This document shows, one piece after another, positions 13,061 through 26,292 of a stretch of DNA of 64,000 nt. Each line of letters starts with the position of its first letter. Position 1 is the first letter of the stretch. Under the pieces are notes generated by a model. The model was not told the origin of the DNA. It did no database searches and saw nothing but the letters and a program-made list of their open reading frames with translations. The stretch is from Chiloscyllium plagiosum (lineage: Eukaryota), in contig NC_057755.1 in NCBI RefSeq assembly GCF_004010195.1, positions 6,245,474-6,309,473 of the forward strand, in the 5' to 3' direction. The translations under genes and the position numbers were made by a program.

Positions 13061-14360
13061 AGGTGCTGAACCCTTAACCCTTCTATTAATGAAATCAAAC
13101 TTCGCATCTAATCTTTTCTGGCTTTCCAGCTGCAATAGTTTCTTGGATTTCGATTTGGTTACTTCCTGAAGGTACAGAAAATCCGACACGAATTAGAGCC
13201 ACATCTGCCTCAGTCTGTTTTCCCAAACAAGCGCAGCTCAACCCCATCATGACTTTGACAGACATTTGCAATTATGTCATCGATGGTTCTCATAGGAACC
13301 ATGAAACCCCAGGTTATATCTTAATCCCTTGGAAAGTGACAGTGCCTTCGTATTTCCGCTGGGCTTGTTATCCAGCATATCAAGCATTGTTCAAAAGGGA
13401 GATCTTGTGATGCAGTGGTTGCGATTCTGTCTTTGAACTAGAAGGATTGGGTTCATGACTGACTTCATCTAATAGTGTGCCATAAAATATCAGAACACAA
13501 TGCATCGAAAAAAATGCCCTCAGTTGCTGATCTCCATTCTGAAAAATATTCCTCCACCACCGCTCTCTGCCTTCCAAAACCTTTTGACAAAGGGTATACG
13601 TCTTGACTTGTCTATTCGTCTACTGTCATATCCTTGTAGCTTTATGATGCAGATTGAAGACAACATGTGAGTTCAACTCCCACACGGGGCTGGGATTACC
13701 ACAAAAGACTCATGTTTCAACCTCTCCCCTCACCTGAGGCCGAATGACTCTCAGGAAAAATCACTACGAGACCTCTGTGTTGAGGAAGGATTACTTGCAC
13801 AACGATGGGACACATCAGTAATTGAGGGAGGAATGTTCGTGTGGAGGACGTCCAGAAATTGTACAACATGATTCTTGCTGTCTTTGGTATGCCTTGCAAA
13901 TGAATTTAAACATTTCAGAACTTAAAACGTTTTAACTGGGTCTGACAATGTTACGTGGTGATCACTTCAGCTGGTCACTTGCTTATTCAAATGTCTTGTT
14001 TTGTCTCCGAACTTTCTTCCTCCTTTTAGATGATAATGTGAATTCAGATCAGAGAATTACATTATGGTCTCGTCAAAAATAAAGTTATTCTCAGTAAGAA
14101 GCAACTGTTTGGTCTCAGTCAGTCAGTCTTATTGAATTTCACACACCGTTAGAGTTTCTGTGCGCACATGGAATAAAAGTAATGATGAGACGAGGTAACC
14201 TAAAACTGAATGGGAGTTGCATCAAGTGGTCTAAGGAACTTAACAATAAAAGTGAGTTCAATGGGAATGCATGTGAAATATCGCCAAATGTTGCACAATA
14301 AACGATGAAAGGAAATAAGTTTTCAATCCTTTTTTTTAATCAATTATGAAACTGTACTGA

Positions 14361-15078
14361 CAATGTTATGCAGGGTACAAATCCTCGCAGCTCATTGCCA
14401 TAGTTCAACAGTGTACAAACCCTAGCAGCTCATTGCCATCGTTCTACAGTGTACAAACCCTGGCAGCTCATTGCCATCGTTCTGCAGTGTACACGTCCGA
14501 GCAGCTCATTCCCATCGTTCTACAGTGTACAAACCCTGGCAGCTCATTGCCAGCGTTCTACAGTGTACAAACCCTGGCAGCTCATTGCCATCGTTCTGCA
14601 GTGTACGTGTCCGAGCAGCTCGTTCCCATCGTTCTGCTGTGTACAAACCCTGGCAGCTCAAACCAATCATTCCGCAGGGTACAAACCTGGCTGCTCATTA
14701 TCATCTTGCTTCCGACTCGAAAACCTGACAGCTCATTGCCATCATCCACAGTGTGCAAACCCTGGCAGCTCATTACCATCAATCTGCAGGGTACAAACCC
14801 TGGCAGTTCATTCCCATCGTTCAACAGTGCACAAACAGTGGTAGCTCATGACCATCTTCCGACAGTGTACAAACCCTGACAGATCATTGCCATTGTTCTG
14901 CAGTGTAAAAAACCTCGCAGCTCATTGCCCCCGTTCTACAGTGTACAATAACTGGCAGCTCATTGCCATCTTTCTGCAGTGTATAAACACTGGCAGCTCA
15001 TTTCTAATGTTCTTCAAGGTACAAACGCTGGCAGCTCATTGCCATCGTTCTTCAGCGGCCAGAGCATTGTACAAACCT
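14361..15078. repeat. 38-bp minisatellite, about 18-19 units, consensus CAGTGTACAAACCCTGGCAGCTCATTGCCATCGTTCT(A/G)
   Basis: Unit starts at 14409, 14447, 14485 and 14523 give a period of 38. Head-to-tail with no spacers. Confidence 0.95.
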
Positions 15079-15727
15079 GATTCATATTTCAAAACGCTTC
15101 CTTTATAACTTCAACAGTGCGGTTTTCGGTGATGGTTCTGATACGTTCTTCCATTAATTATCAGCATGAACTTATATTACCGTTTTGGCAGATGTGTTTG
15201 CTCCCTATTTATTACAAAACGGAACTAAAATATTTGAACGAGAGCACATAGACTATCACAAAGTATCAACTGAATGTCAATTAAGAGAATATCATTATCA
15301 ATCAGAAATGTCACAATGTCTGCAATGCTGGAGTAGAAGTTAATACATTTCTTTACTTTCAATTTTTTCACTTTGTCAAAGTTGTGCAGTCATGCATCTG
15401 CGCAATTTGTCACTTCAGACAAATGGAATGTAACACAGTATCATTAAATGTTTACTTTTGTTTTCTTTGGAAAGCATGATGCTAATATCGCCTACATCAG
15501 CTGCAAAACAAAAGCGAATTAATATTTCAAATGTCGTGATTGTAAACAGCCTGGGGCTCACCATTGGCCAGAAAATGTTGTAAGCACAATATAGCCATGG
15601 AACTTTGACAAGTTTTAAATTAATGGTAATGGGGTTTTGTCACGTCAGATTGATATGCGATGTGATTCATGAGAGCACAAGTGACACATATTAACGTAAA
15701 AAGTAACGTAAAAAGCTTTTCAAAATT

Positions 15728-15785
15728 ATGATCTTAATAAAAAAAAGCGTGTATGACATGGTCCGGGCGATAGTTGGTCTGCCTG
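15728..15785 (+). pseudogene. GPCR unit A, short first coding exon
   Basis: MILIKKSVYDMVRAIVGLP+G|GTAAGT, 58 nt, phase 1, canonical donor. Same xxGxP end as the exon at 9902-9968. Confidence 0.8.
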
Positions 15786-15935
15786 GTAAGTGAGAACAAT
15801 AATCGAAGATTTGTACATGTCACACTGTGCATCATAATGTTACGGTTTGAGCAAAACTGTACACATTGTACATCTGGCAGTACGTTATTGGATCAAAGAT
15901 GATTTGTCTCCGTAATTTCATTAAACCTCTTCAAA

Positions 15936-17024
15936 TGGCATTTGGATACAGAACTGGTTCAAAGATAGAAGATGGTGATGGATGGTTGTTTTTCAGACTG
16001 GAGGCCTGTGACCAGTGAAGTGCCACAAGGATCAGTGCTGGGTCCTCTATTTTTGTCATTTGCATAAATGATTTTGGTGTGAGAATAAGACGTTAGTAAG
16101 TTTGCAGATGACAACAAAATTGGAGGCGCAGTGGACAGTGAAGAGGGTTACCTCAGATTACAACAGGATCTGGACCAGATGGGAGAATGGGCTGAGAAGT
16201 GGTGGATGGAGTTGAATTCAGATAAATGTGAGGTGCTGAATTTTGGGAAAGCAACTATTAGCAGGACTTGATGGTAAGGTATGAGGGAGTGTTGCTGAAC
16301 AAAGAGACCTTGGAGTGCAGGTTCATAGCACCTTGAAAGTGGAGTCGCAGGTAGATAGGAAAGTGAAGAAGGCGTTTGGTATGCTTTCCTTTATTGGTCA
16401 GAGTAATGAGTACTGGAGTTGAGAGGTCATGTTGCGGCTTTACAGGACATTGGTTAGGCCACTGTTGTAATATTGCGTGCAATTCTGGTCTCATTCCAAG
16501 TGGGAAGATATTGTGAAACTTGAAATGGTTCAGAAAAGATTTGCAAGGATGTTACCAGGGTTGGCGGATTTCAACTATAGGGAGAGGTTGGACAGGCTGG
16601 GGTTGTGATTCCTTGAGCGTAGGAGTCTGAGGGGTGACCTTATAGAGGTTTACAAAATTATGAGGTGGATGGATAGGGTAAATAGACAAAGTCTTTTCCC
16701 TGGGGATGGCGAGTCTAGATCTAGAGGGCACAGGTTTCGGGCGAGAGGAGAAAGATATAAAAGAGATTTAAGGGGCAGCTTTTTCACACAGACCTTGGTA
16801 TGTGTATGGAATGAGCTGCCAGAGGAAGTGGTGGAGGCTGGTACAATTGGAACACTTTAGAGTCATTTGGATTGGTATATGAATGGGAAGGGTTTGGAAG
16901 GATACGGGCCAGGTGTTGGCAGGTGGGACTAGATTGGTTTGGGATATCTGGTCGGCATGGACTGAAGGGTTGGACCGAAGTGTCTCTTTCCATGCTGTAC
17001 ATCTCTATGACCCTATGACTCTAT
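15936..17024 (+). mobile_element. CR1 LINE 3' fragment (unit-A-specific)
   Basis: VTSEVPQGSVLGP, KFADDNK and FFTQTLVCVWNELP motifs with a ctatga tail. Absent from the paralogous site near 29045. Confidence 0.92.
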
Positions 17025-17692
17025 TATCTCTGCTTGACGTTCAAAACGCATTCTAGAAATGATTTGCTGCCTTTTGTGTAATACTGTGCAGTAATAGAAA
17101 GTACATCATGAACATTCTGAGGAAGTCGATTGGAAATCTATTCCTGTAGATTCATGTTCACTATTGCGAACAATTGTCTACAATGCTGTTGCCGTTTTGT
17201 GACTATCCATCTATTTACATTTGTCATAAGGTTTGTTTTCTCACTGGAAGTAATGCAGGTGGTTCAATTATGAAATAGTTCACATTGTGGTCAATCTTTT
17301 TGCTCTATTCTGTTGCATATTTCTTTTTATGTGCCTTTCTTTGTGCAGTCGTTTAAAGTAAACAGTGAATTTTTCATGTAGATTCATGGCTTTCACAGAC
17401 CTACAAAAACAAACAGTCCTGTCTCATCATTTCCATGCAAGTGGAATCAAGATATTGATGGTGAACAAGGAATAGTACAAAGACATGAGAGCTAGAGAGA
17501 AATCTTAAAGTTTCACCGAGCGTGAGTATTTCACAAGTAGCCATGACCTAACCCAAACTATGCAACAATTGATTGCAGTTGGAAAAATGTGATGGATTGT
17601 TCTGCCCGGTTTCGAACAGAAATCGAACTGAGAAATTGCAATAGTTTCAGCAATTACCACATTAATTCATGTTTTTTTTTCAGAAGAGTAGT

Positions 17693-18480
17693 CATAGTTT
17701 CATAGAATCACATAGTTGGACAAAACAGTAAAAACAAAACCCTTCATTCCCACTCGTATATATTGACCAAATATCCCAATTTATTCTAGTCCCATTTGGC
17801 AAAATTCAGCCAACATTCCCCTAAATCCTTCCTATTCATGCACCCTCCAGATTCATTTGAAACATTGGAATTGTACAAGTGTACACCAGTTCCAAAAGCA
17901 GCTCATTGCAGACACGACCACCCTCTCCATTAAAAGCTTGTCCTTTGTTCATTTGTATATCGTTTCCCCCTTTTAAAATTATGCCCAGTAATTTTGGATT
18001 CCCTCTATCTTGGGCAAAAAACTTTGGCAATTATCTGTATCAACATTCGTCATGATTTTATCAACCTTACCTTCCGACATTACAGGGGAAATAGCCCTAG
18101 CATACTCAGCCTCTTCCGACAGCACAATCTTTCCAACATTGGCAACATCCCTAAAAATCGTTTTGGAAGTCTTTGCGAGCTTAAACCACATCGGTCCTCT
18201 AGCAAGGAAAGCAGAATTGAATGCAATGTTTGAAATGTGGTCGAACATAAATGTGCTGTACAGACGCTGCATGACCTCTGTGGATACCAGTAAACACAAG
18301 AGCACCAAATGCCATGTTCACTCCCTGTCTACCTATGAATCCCGATTTATGTAACTGTAAATCTACATCCAAAGCTCGCTTTGTTTGCAACATTGCCCTG
18401 AAATCTGCGTTAATTTTCTTAACCAAAGTGCAATGCCTCACTTTTAGCTAAGTTCAAGATTCTCTGCCACTAGTCAGGCC
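17693..18480 (-). mobile_element. Old CR1 fragment shared with unit B (29745-30830)
   Basis: Degraded VRPHFKHCIQF-type motifs at the same position and orientation in both duplicated introns. Confidence 0.75.
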
Positions 18481-18736
18481 AATGGCAAAAGTGCGCTCAA
18501 TCAGAAAGCAGTAATGGTAAGACATGTAATCATTGCTTGAAAGTTGAATGTATCTGGAAGTATTAAGCTGTGGTTAATGTTATTCAACAATCAAATTCTT
18601 CCTTATCCATCATCAGCACACAGGCTGGTGTCACAGATCCGTCTAAGAAAACACAGCTGTTTCCACCAATATTGCATCCAGTTACTTCAGGTCAATGCAT
18701 TCAGGATTCCACCAAACTAGTATCGTTACATATATT

Positions 18737-19340
18737 TCTTTAGGAAAAAACAAATAAACACAACAAAAAACAATAAAAAAAACCAAAAGAACAAATGCCT
18801 TCCCTAAACAAGGGGAAAGAAAAAGAAAATTATCCTTCTCCAAAAAAACTACAGAAACCAACAGTACCAGGAAAACTCTCACTGTAGCACGAGCCAGCCC
18901 AGAGTCAGTCCCCTGAATGAGGACACTCTAAATATTCTGTTTATATTTATTTTGTTTCTTTCCCTTTTTTCTCTCTTTCTTTACGCGCACACTACCGCCA
19001 ACTGTGGCAACGCTTATATTATCCCCAATATGCATGTTGTGTGTGCGCAGGTGTGAGACATTTTGGAAGACAACAGGTGTACACATCTTTGTTCAATTTC
19101 CATCATCAGGAAGAAAAGAAACACCAGGGTGGCTAGTGACAAGCAATCACTTGTCATCAAAGGGCAAGGCTGCGTAATCAAAACAGTGAAGGGAAGGGTA
19201 AGGATCAAACCAAAACAGAGTTGGAAGGAGGAAATAAAGTCGTCCACGTCCTGCGGTCCCCAGCCCTCCCTGGACAGCACGAGGGAGTTGGTAGATACCG
19301 CGTGCTTCTTCTCCCTGGACATCTGGGCTCGGCGGTGTCA
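18737..19340 (-). mobile_element. Tx1-like (L1 clade) non-LTR retrotransposon, ORF2 C-terminus plus T-rich 3' UTR
   Basis: Peptide RAQMSREKKHAVSTNSLVLSREGWGPQDV resembles the Tx1 ORF2 C-terminus. Absent from the paralogous unit B site (about 31085). Possible TATATT target duplication. Confidence 0.65.
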
Positions 19341-21486
19341 TTATATTAGGCATCAGACATTTCATGGAATATCACGGTCAATTTACAACAACGTTCTTAC
19401 TAGCAGAAGCTGGTTTTGAGATTCCTTTCTCACTGTGAATTTAGTGAATAGACCAATTATGGGGACTTGTATTAATGTTTTCCAAAAGGGTCTCAATGTT
19501 CACAGATATTGACTGTATTTGTCCCTTGATTATATAAAGGTGAATTGTCAGACTACCTGTAGATAACTCTGTCATGTCAAAAGCATGCTCGTTTCTATTC
19601 TATAATATTTGGAAGTTTCTTACGATTGCTCCACAAAGCGAAATCATGCATTTTACTTATATACTTTCTAAGATATTCCAGAGAGCCATTTCGCCATTGT
19701 TTGCAATGTCAGTATTTTCAGGAGTTGCTTATGAGTGTGACAACAGAGAGAGATAAGGTCAAAAAGATGGTGGTTGGCATGCGTTATTTCATCGGTCGTG
19801 GTATTGAGTATGAAAGTTGCCACATCGTGTTGCAGCTGTATAAAACTTTAATTGAGTCATATTTGAGTTTGTGTGCAGTTCTGGTGAGCAAAGATGGCCT
19901 TGTGCAGAGTGCAAAAGAGGTTTGTCATGATTCGTTTGTATAAGCATAAAGTAGAGATTGAACAAAATTGGATTGGTCACCCGAGAACACCGGAGGCTAT
20001 GAAACGTTCCAATATAATTACATAAAATGATGTGGTCTGGATAGAATAAACAGTCGGTGTCATTCTTCTAAACTCGAGTGAGTACTCCCCAATGTGTTAG
20101 GCTTATGTTTTCTTCTCTCTCCGCACATGCTGGCAGACTGGCTGAGTTAATCCAACAATCTCCGTCATGGCACCTGACTTTCATTCTTTGTTTGAATGCA
20201 TGTAAGTATATCTGGATTTGCAGGACCCTTGTCATCAGCAATAACTTGTGGAAGAGTTTTGGCAATGTCCGAATTTGAAAATAATGTATGGAATACATCA
20301 AAGGACAATGTTATATTGAATGGTTGGTAATTATGAGAAAGTGAGGACTGCAAGTTCAAATCTGGTTTGTGATTATTTCAGGATGAAGACAGCAATCTTG
20401 ATACGTTGAACATATTACCATACAGGAGATCAGGAGAACGTAATAAAATGGGCAACATCCCTTACTTCTTGATTTACAGCAGGATAATTATCATTTGAAA
20501 GATCCATTTGCCATTATGAGTGTTTCATCGTTTGCAGCATTGGGAAAACGTTGCATGTAAAATACAGGAGCACGGGGATGGATTCAGGCCGTTGAGCTGA
20601 AACAAGTATTCAATAAGACCTTGACCGATCCCCTTTCTTAATGCGAATTATTTTTTTCATGAGACATTAGATTTCACCAGCAGCAGGAAAGATAATCATA
20701 AGCAGGAAATTTTGATTGCTTCACATTTTCAAATACATGACTGGCATTTCTCCACCACAGTCTCAAAGGTGTTGTTTTTTTCAATGTCAGATCATCAGCA
20801 GCTTGCAGCGCTCCTGTGTCACCATAATGGTATACATAGTCGATTTTTGCCTGAGCTTGACATTCAAGTGGAAGAACTTCCAAATCAGTTTGCATCACTG
20901 CCGTACTTCTGTGCGATCTGAAGCCGCTTGGAAGCATCTTTTTTTTTGCTGTGGCCAAACCATAATTGAATTCTGCCCTGAATATGAATTATTTTTCTTT
21001 ATTCGTCTAAGAATTCGTGCGTCGCTGGCCAGCCTGCATTTATTGTTCAGAGGGAAATTACGTGTCAATCACGTTGCTGTGGGTTTGTAGTCACATGTCG
21101 GCCAGACCAGGTGAGAATGGAAGTTGCCTTCCATGACGGACATTGGTAAAACAGATGGGTTTTCCGGCAATCGGCTCATGGACATCATCAGATTCATAAT
21201 ACCACATTTTGAATGAAATTAAATTCCAAAATCTGCCGAGGTGGGATTCGAGCTCAGGTGCCCAGAACTTTATCTGCGTCTCTAGATTAACAGTCTAAAG
21301 TTTAATTAACGTGGCTGTCGCCTCCCCAAAAATTACTTCGGATCGGGCAGACAAAGAAAGGTAAGCAGGAATTACAGCATTCACCTAAATGAAAACAACT
21401 CCCCAGTCAGAGTTCAGTGTTGTGTACTGTTGGGGTGGATATTACCTTGGTAATACAGCTGTAGACAAGTCCATTGCAGATTTAAG

Positions 21487-21562
21487 GTGTGTGTGTGTGT
21501 GTTTGTGTGTGTCTGTGTGTGTGTGCCTGTGTGTGTGTGTCTGTGTGCGTGTGTCTGTGTGT
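21487..21562. repeat. (GT)n microsatellite, imperfect
   Basis: Direct inspection. Confidence 0.9.
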
Positions 21563-22741
21563 ACTTCTGTTGGTGGTAATGGTGGGGAGCCAGCAATAAC
21601 ACATGGTTTCACTGTCGTTGCACAAACTGGCTCATCCGCGTCATCAAAGAGTTTTTGGAGATTCTGTGGGTGGTATTCAAGTCTGTGTTCTCAATCATGG
21701 GACAACTAGGTATGGAAATGAGGACCTTTACACTGACAGTGGTTTGCACATGGAAAGGTATTGCCATTTTACGGGTGGTACCAGAGCTTGGGATTTTTGT
21801 GTAGATATGAGGGTCAGCACATGAAAAAGAGAATTGAAAAAAAAAACAAATTTCCTCCCAGAGTTAATTAGGCTATTGCATATTCTTTCTTCGAAGACAC
21901 TGAAACAGTTGAATCAAGACATTTTGTGCACAGTTGACTGATTCTGTTTTCTCAATAAGTGAAAGGTGATAAGTGCTAGAACGGAATGTGGTGTAGTTAG
22001 CTTCACCAGGAATGTATTTCAGACTCGAATGTCGTGATCACCTTCTCCTGCTCTTATGTTGTGAGCACAAACGGATATTCATGTCTGATCGAAGATGGAG
22101 ACGCATGAGTAAATCATGTAAGTAATATAGAAACAGACATGTTATATTGAACAAAATGAGAAATCATCCATTCAGGGGGACCATCTGATTCCACGCTGTG
22201 CAGGAAATGTAGAGAGAAGTGAATCATGACTGAGAGCTGCTGCTGGGAACAGTGGTGTTGAGGGCCAGATCTGAAGAAACTGTGAAGAATTTCATTTTGA
22301 AATGGGAGCCAATTCGAATAGGATCATCTAGAACAAGCAATGTCTGTTCCTCAGGCAATCCAATTTATTACTTGAGTATTAGTCTACACATTCCCACTCT
22401 GTCAAGCATTAATACAATCAAGGCTGATGTATTTGATTATTCGACTTCTCTCCACTATATGAAAACCTGTTAAGTCTGAAATTATTTTGCATTTAGCTTT
22501 CAAGTTTCATATTCCACAATGACAGAAACATGGTAATACAAACCCTCTTCACTATCAGAAGTTATGCTAAGTCTTAACTATTTTAGATTTGGCATTGGAA
22601 TTTTCACATATCACAATAACAGAAACCCTACATTTGCTTCCACTTTCCCATATTCCGTTCCCCATCCATCTGTACTGACTGCAACGGAGACAGATGTTCG
22701 CTGAGTAAATTCCAACATTTTTTCTTTTATATCTCAAACAG

Positions 22742-24750
22742 GTAATTTGTTGGCAGTTATGATTCTATCCCACGGACCTAGTGGGATTTCAAAGTGCTCT
22801 ATTCACTACCTCGTGGGAATGGCAATGATTGATCTACTGATGAGTATATTGCAGGTCATATTGAGAGAGGTTGTCTATTATAATGAAGCCCCACTTTTTT
22901 TATGGATGTGACTCCTCCCTTGCCTTGTCTGAAGCAGTCATAGAGTTCTCTGTATGTTTCGCCGTCACATTCTCTTTTGATCGATTTGTAGCTGACTGTT
23001 GCCATAAACTGAGAGCACAATTTTGCACAGAGAAAACTGCAACTGTGGTGCTTTCAGCTTCATTCTGCTCTGTTTGAAGAACGTCCCCAGCTTCTGTGTT
23101 TATCAGCCTCAGAAGATAGTTGACAATATATGGTAAGCTGTTGGAGAAAATGCCGAGGCATGAAATTGAAGGGGGATTTAGCAGTTTGTAATAGAAACTG
23201 GCTTTCTGAAAGAAGGCAGCGAGTGGTGGTTGATGGAAAATATTCAGCCTGGAGTCTGGTTACTAGTGGTGTGCCACAAGGATCTCTTTTGGGACCACTG
23301 CTGTTTCTCAATTTTATAAATGACTGAGACGCAGGCATAGATGGATGGATTAGTAAATTTACAGATGACACTAAAGTCGATGGAGTAATGGACAATCGGG
23401 AAGAATGTTACAGGTTGTAGGGAGACTTGGATAAACTGCAAAATTGGGCTGAGAGGTGGCAAATGGAGTTCAATGCAACTAAATGTGAGGTGACGCACTT
23501 TGGGAAGAATAATAGGAAGGCAGAGTACTTTGTCAATGGAAAGATTCTTGGCAGTATGGATGTGCAGAGGGATTATGGAGTTCATGTACATAGATCCCTG
23601 AAAGTTTCCACACAGGTTGATAGTGCTGTTAAGAAGGCATATGGTGTGTTAGGTTTCATTTGGAGAACGATTGAGTTCTGGCGCCGCAATATCATGCTGC
23701 AACTATACAAAATGCTAGTGCTGTCACACTTGGAATATTGTGTACAGTTCTGGTCGCCATATTTCGGGAAGGATGTGGACGCATTGGAAAAGGTGCAGAG
23801 GAGATTTAGCAGGACATTGCCTGGTTTGGAGGGAAGGTCCTGTGAGAAAAGGCTGAGAGACTTGAGTCTATTCTCAATGGAAAGAAGAAGGCTGAGAGGG
23901 GATTTGATAGAGACATACAAGATGATCAGAGGATTAGATACGGTAGGCAGTGAAATTCTTTTTTCCTAGGATGATGGTGTCAGCTTGTACGAGGGGCCAT
24001 AACTACAAAATAAGAGGTGATAGGTTTAAGACAGATGTCAGAGGCAGGTTCTATACTCAGAGAGTGGGAAGGACGTAGAATGCCCTACCTGCTAATGTAG
24101 TCAACCTAGTCACATTAAGAAGATTTAAACAACTCTTGGATACAACATGGATGATGACTGGAATAGTGTAGGGGACGAGCTAAGAAGAACTCACTGGTCG
24201 GCGCAATATCGACGGCAGAAGAGCCTGTTCCGCGCTGTATTGTCCTCTGTTCCATGTTCTATATTCTATGGTCAAGATAATGGTTTTGATACGTCAAACC
24301 TAGCTCTTATGCTGATCCTGGATAGGTGGGTTATGAGTGCTTTGCGATAGCGTTAACTCCATTGCTCCCCTTCGCTCTCATTCTGTTGATCAATGGTGTG
24401 ACTGTCATACACATTTTAGCATTCAGCCGAGTTCGTGAAGAACTGAAAACCCGTTTCAATGGAGAGAAGCACAGCGCCCCAGAGATGGAAAGCAGGAAGA
24501 AGTCTGTCATTTTACTTTTCACCGTATCTGGTAACATTATACTTCTGTAGTTGATGTTTATCATAATTTTGGGGTTTTTTTTTTTCAAAACTTTAAGGGA
24601 ACATTTTGCACAGAGTCTGAAATGGTATTTCAAGATTTTGGATTCATGTTGCAAAAGGTAAGTTGTTGCACAAACACTTTTACTTATGCAGCAACTCAGT
24701 CGAAGTTCACAGAGAAAATGAAGAACTCGTTGACATCTCTGATTGCATAA
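22742..24750 (+). pseudogene. GPCR unit A, main exon, disrupted by a CR1 insertion
   Basis: Acceptor atctcaaacag|GTAAT. GNLLAVMILSHGPSGISKCSIHYLVGMAMIDLL..FSFDRFVADCCHKLRAQFCTEKTA..[CR1]..PG*VGYECFAIALTPLLPFALILLING..EMESRKKSVILLFTVSG..CCTNTFTYAATQSKF..SLIA*. Frameshifts and stops present. Confidence 0.92.
23131..24270 (+). mobile_element. CR1 LINE fragment inserted into extracellular loop 2 of the unit A GPCR
   Basis: ORFs 23130-23327 and 23427-23969 ([36 protein letters not shown]). The GPCR sequence resumes at tggttt (WF) near 24281. Confidence 0.93.
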
Positions 24751-25194
24751 CTTACGTAATGAATGAATGCCTTGTACATTTGAGAGTGTGCCGGGCTATG
24801 TCATAGTGTTTCCAGTCAGTAGATGCCAGCTTTATATTTTACCATCTTATAAATTGAATCGTCAAGTTGTGATGGCGTTGTACATATACATTATTGGCCT
24901 GGAAGAGTATTGAGGCCATCTCGTACTTGTCATGACGATAAACATTGGAAATGTTCACTCTTGCATAAATTTGATTTGCAAATTTTCATATGAGCTTCGA
25001 ACAAAGGTGTCATTAAAAATGGAAAAGAAGGGTCACAACTTGTGAAATCATCAGCAGTTAATTGATTACAAATATTTTAAGAGCATTTGCAGTGACGATG
25101 TTCCCTGACACTTCAATGGTTTATACCGACAGGATTTCATGAGCTTATTTTAAAATCCTATGTTTGAACTGTTACAAGACAGCCATCATCCAAT

Positions 25195-26292
25195 GCTGAA
25201 AATGTGTTGCTGGAAAAGCGCAGCAGGTCAGGCAGCATCCAGGGAACAGGAGAATCGACGTTTCGAGCATGAGCCCTTCTTCAGNNNNNNNNNNNNNNNN
25301 NNNNNNNNNNNNNNNNNNNNNNNNNNNNNNNNNNNNNNNNNNNNNNNNNNNNNNNNNNNNNNNNNNNNNNNNNNNNNNNNNNNNNNNNNNNNNNNNNNNN
25401 NNNNNNNNNNNNNNNNNNNNNNNNNNNNNNNNNNNNNNNNNNNNNNNNNNNNNNNNNNNNNNNNNNNNNNNNNNNNNNNNNNNNNNNNNNNNNNNNNNNN
25501 NNNNNNNNNNNNNNNNNNNNNNNNNNNNNNNNNNNNNNNNNNNNNNNNNNNNNNNNNNNNNNNNNNNNNNNNNNNNNNNNNNNNNNNNNNNNNNNNNNNN
25601 NNNNNNNNNNNNNNNNNNNNNNNNNNNNNNNNNNNNNNNNNNNNNNNNNNNNNNNNNNNNNNNNNNNNNNNNNNNNNNNNNNNNNNNNNNNNNNNNNNNN
25701 NNNNNNNNNNNNNNNNNNNNNNNNNNNNNNNNNNNNNNNNNNNNNNNNNNNNNNNNNNNNNNNNNNNNNNNNNNNNNNNNNNNNNNNNNNNNNNNNNNNN
25801 NNNNNNNNNNNNNNNNNNNNNNNNNNNNNNNNNNNNNNNNNNNNNNNNNNNNNNNNNNNNNNNNNNNNNNNNNNNNNNNNNNNNNNNNNNNNNNNNNNNN
25901 NNNNNNNNNNNNNNNNNNNNNNNNNNNNNNNNNNNNNNNNNNNNNNNNNNNNNNNNNNNNNNNNNNNNTGGGTTGTACGGTATTGGAACTGGTCCTCCTG
26001 GGAGCAGATGCGGCGGAGACGCAGGAATTGGGAATATGGGATGGCGTTTTTACAGGGTCAGGGTGGGAGGAGGTGTAGTTTAGGTAGCTGTGGGAGTCGG
26101 TCGGTTTATAATAAATCTCCGTGTTGATTCCATCGCCCGAGATAGAAATGGAAAGGTCTAGGAAGTAGAGGGAGGAATCTGAGACGGTCCAGGTGAATTT
26201 GAGGTCGGGGTGGAAGGTGTTGGTAAAGTGGATGAACTGTTCAACCTCCTCGTGGGAGTACGAGGCAGCGCCGATACAGAAGTTATCCTCGA
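25195..26292 (-). mobile_element. Penelope-like element, 5'-truncated, spanning the assembly gap, with a 14-bp TSD
   Basis: RT peptide FTNTFHPDLKFTWT..FLDLSISI..YYKPTDSHSYL and a pLTR end at 25195-25284. Flanked by AGCCATCATCCAAT at 25181-25194 and 26293-26306. Confidence 0.88.
25285..25968. other. Assembly gap (684 N)
   Basis: Run of N. Confidence 1.

Noticed and set aside
14361..15078. CRISPR-like array or repeat-protein ORFs
   Set aside because: Units are contiguous with no unique spacers, there are no cas genes, and the context is eukaryotic. The ORFs are by-products of the repeat.
23120..24285. TSD around the CR1 in the unit A exon
   Set aside because: Only imperfect atggt matches are present, so no clean duplication can be called.
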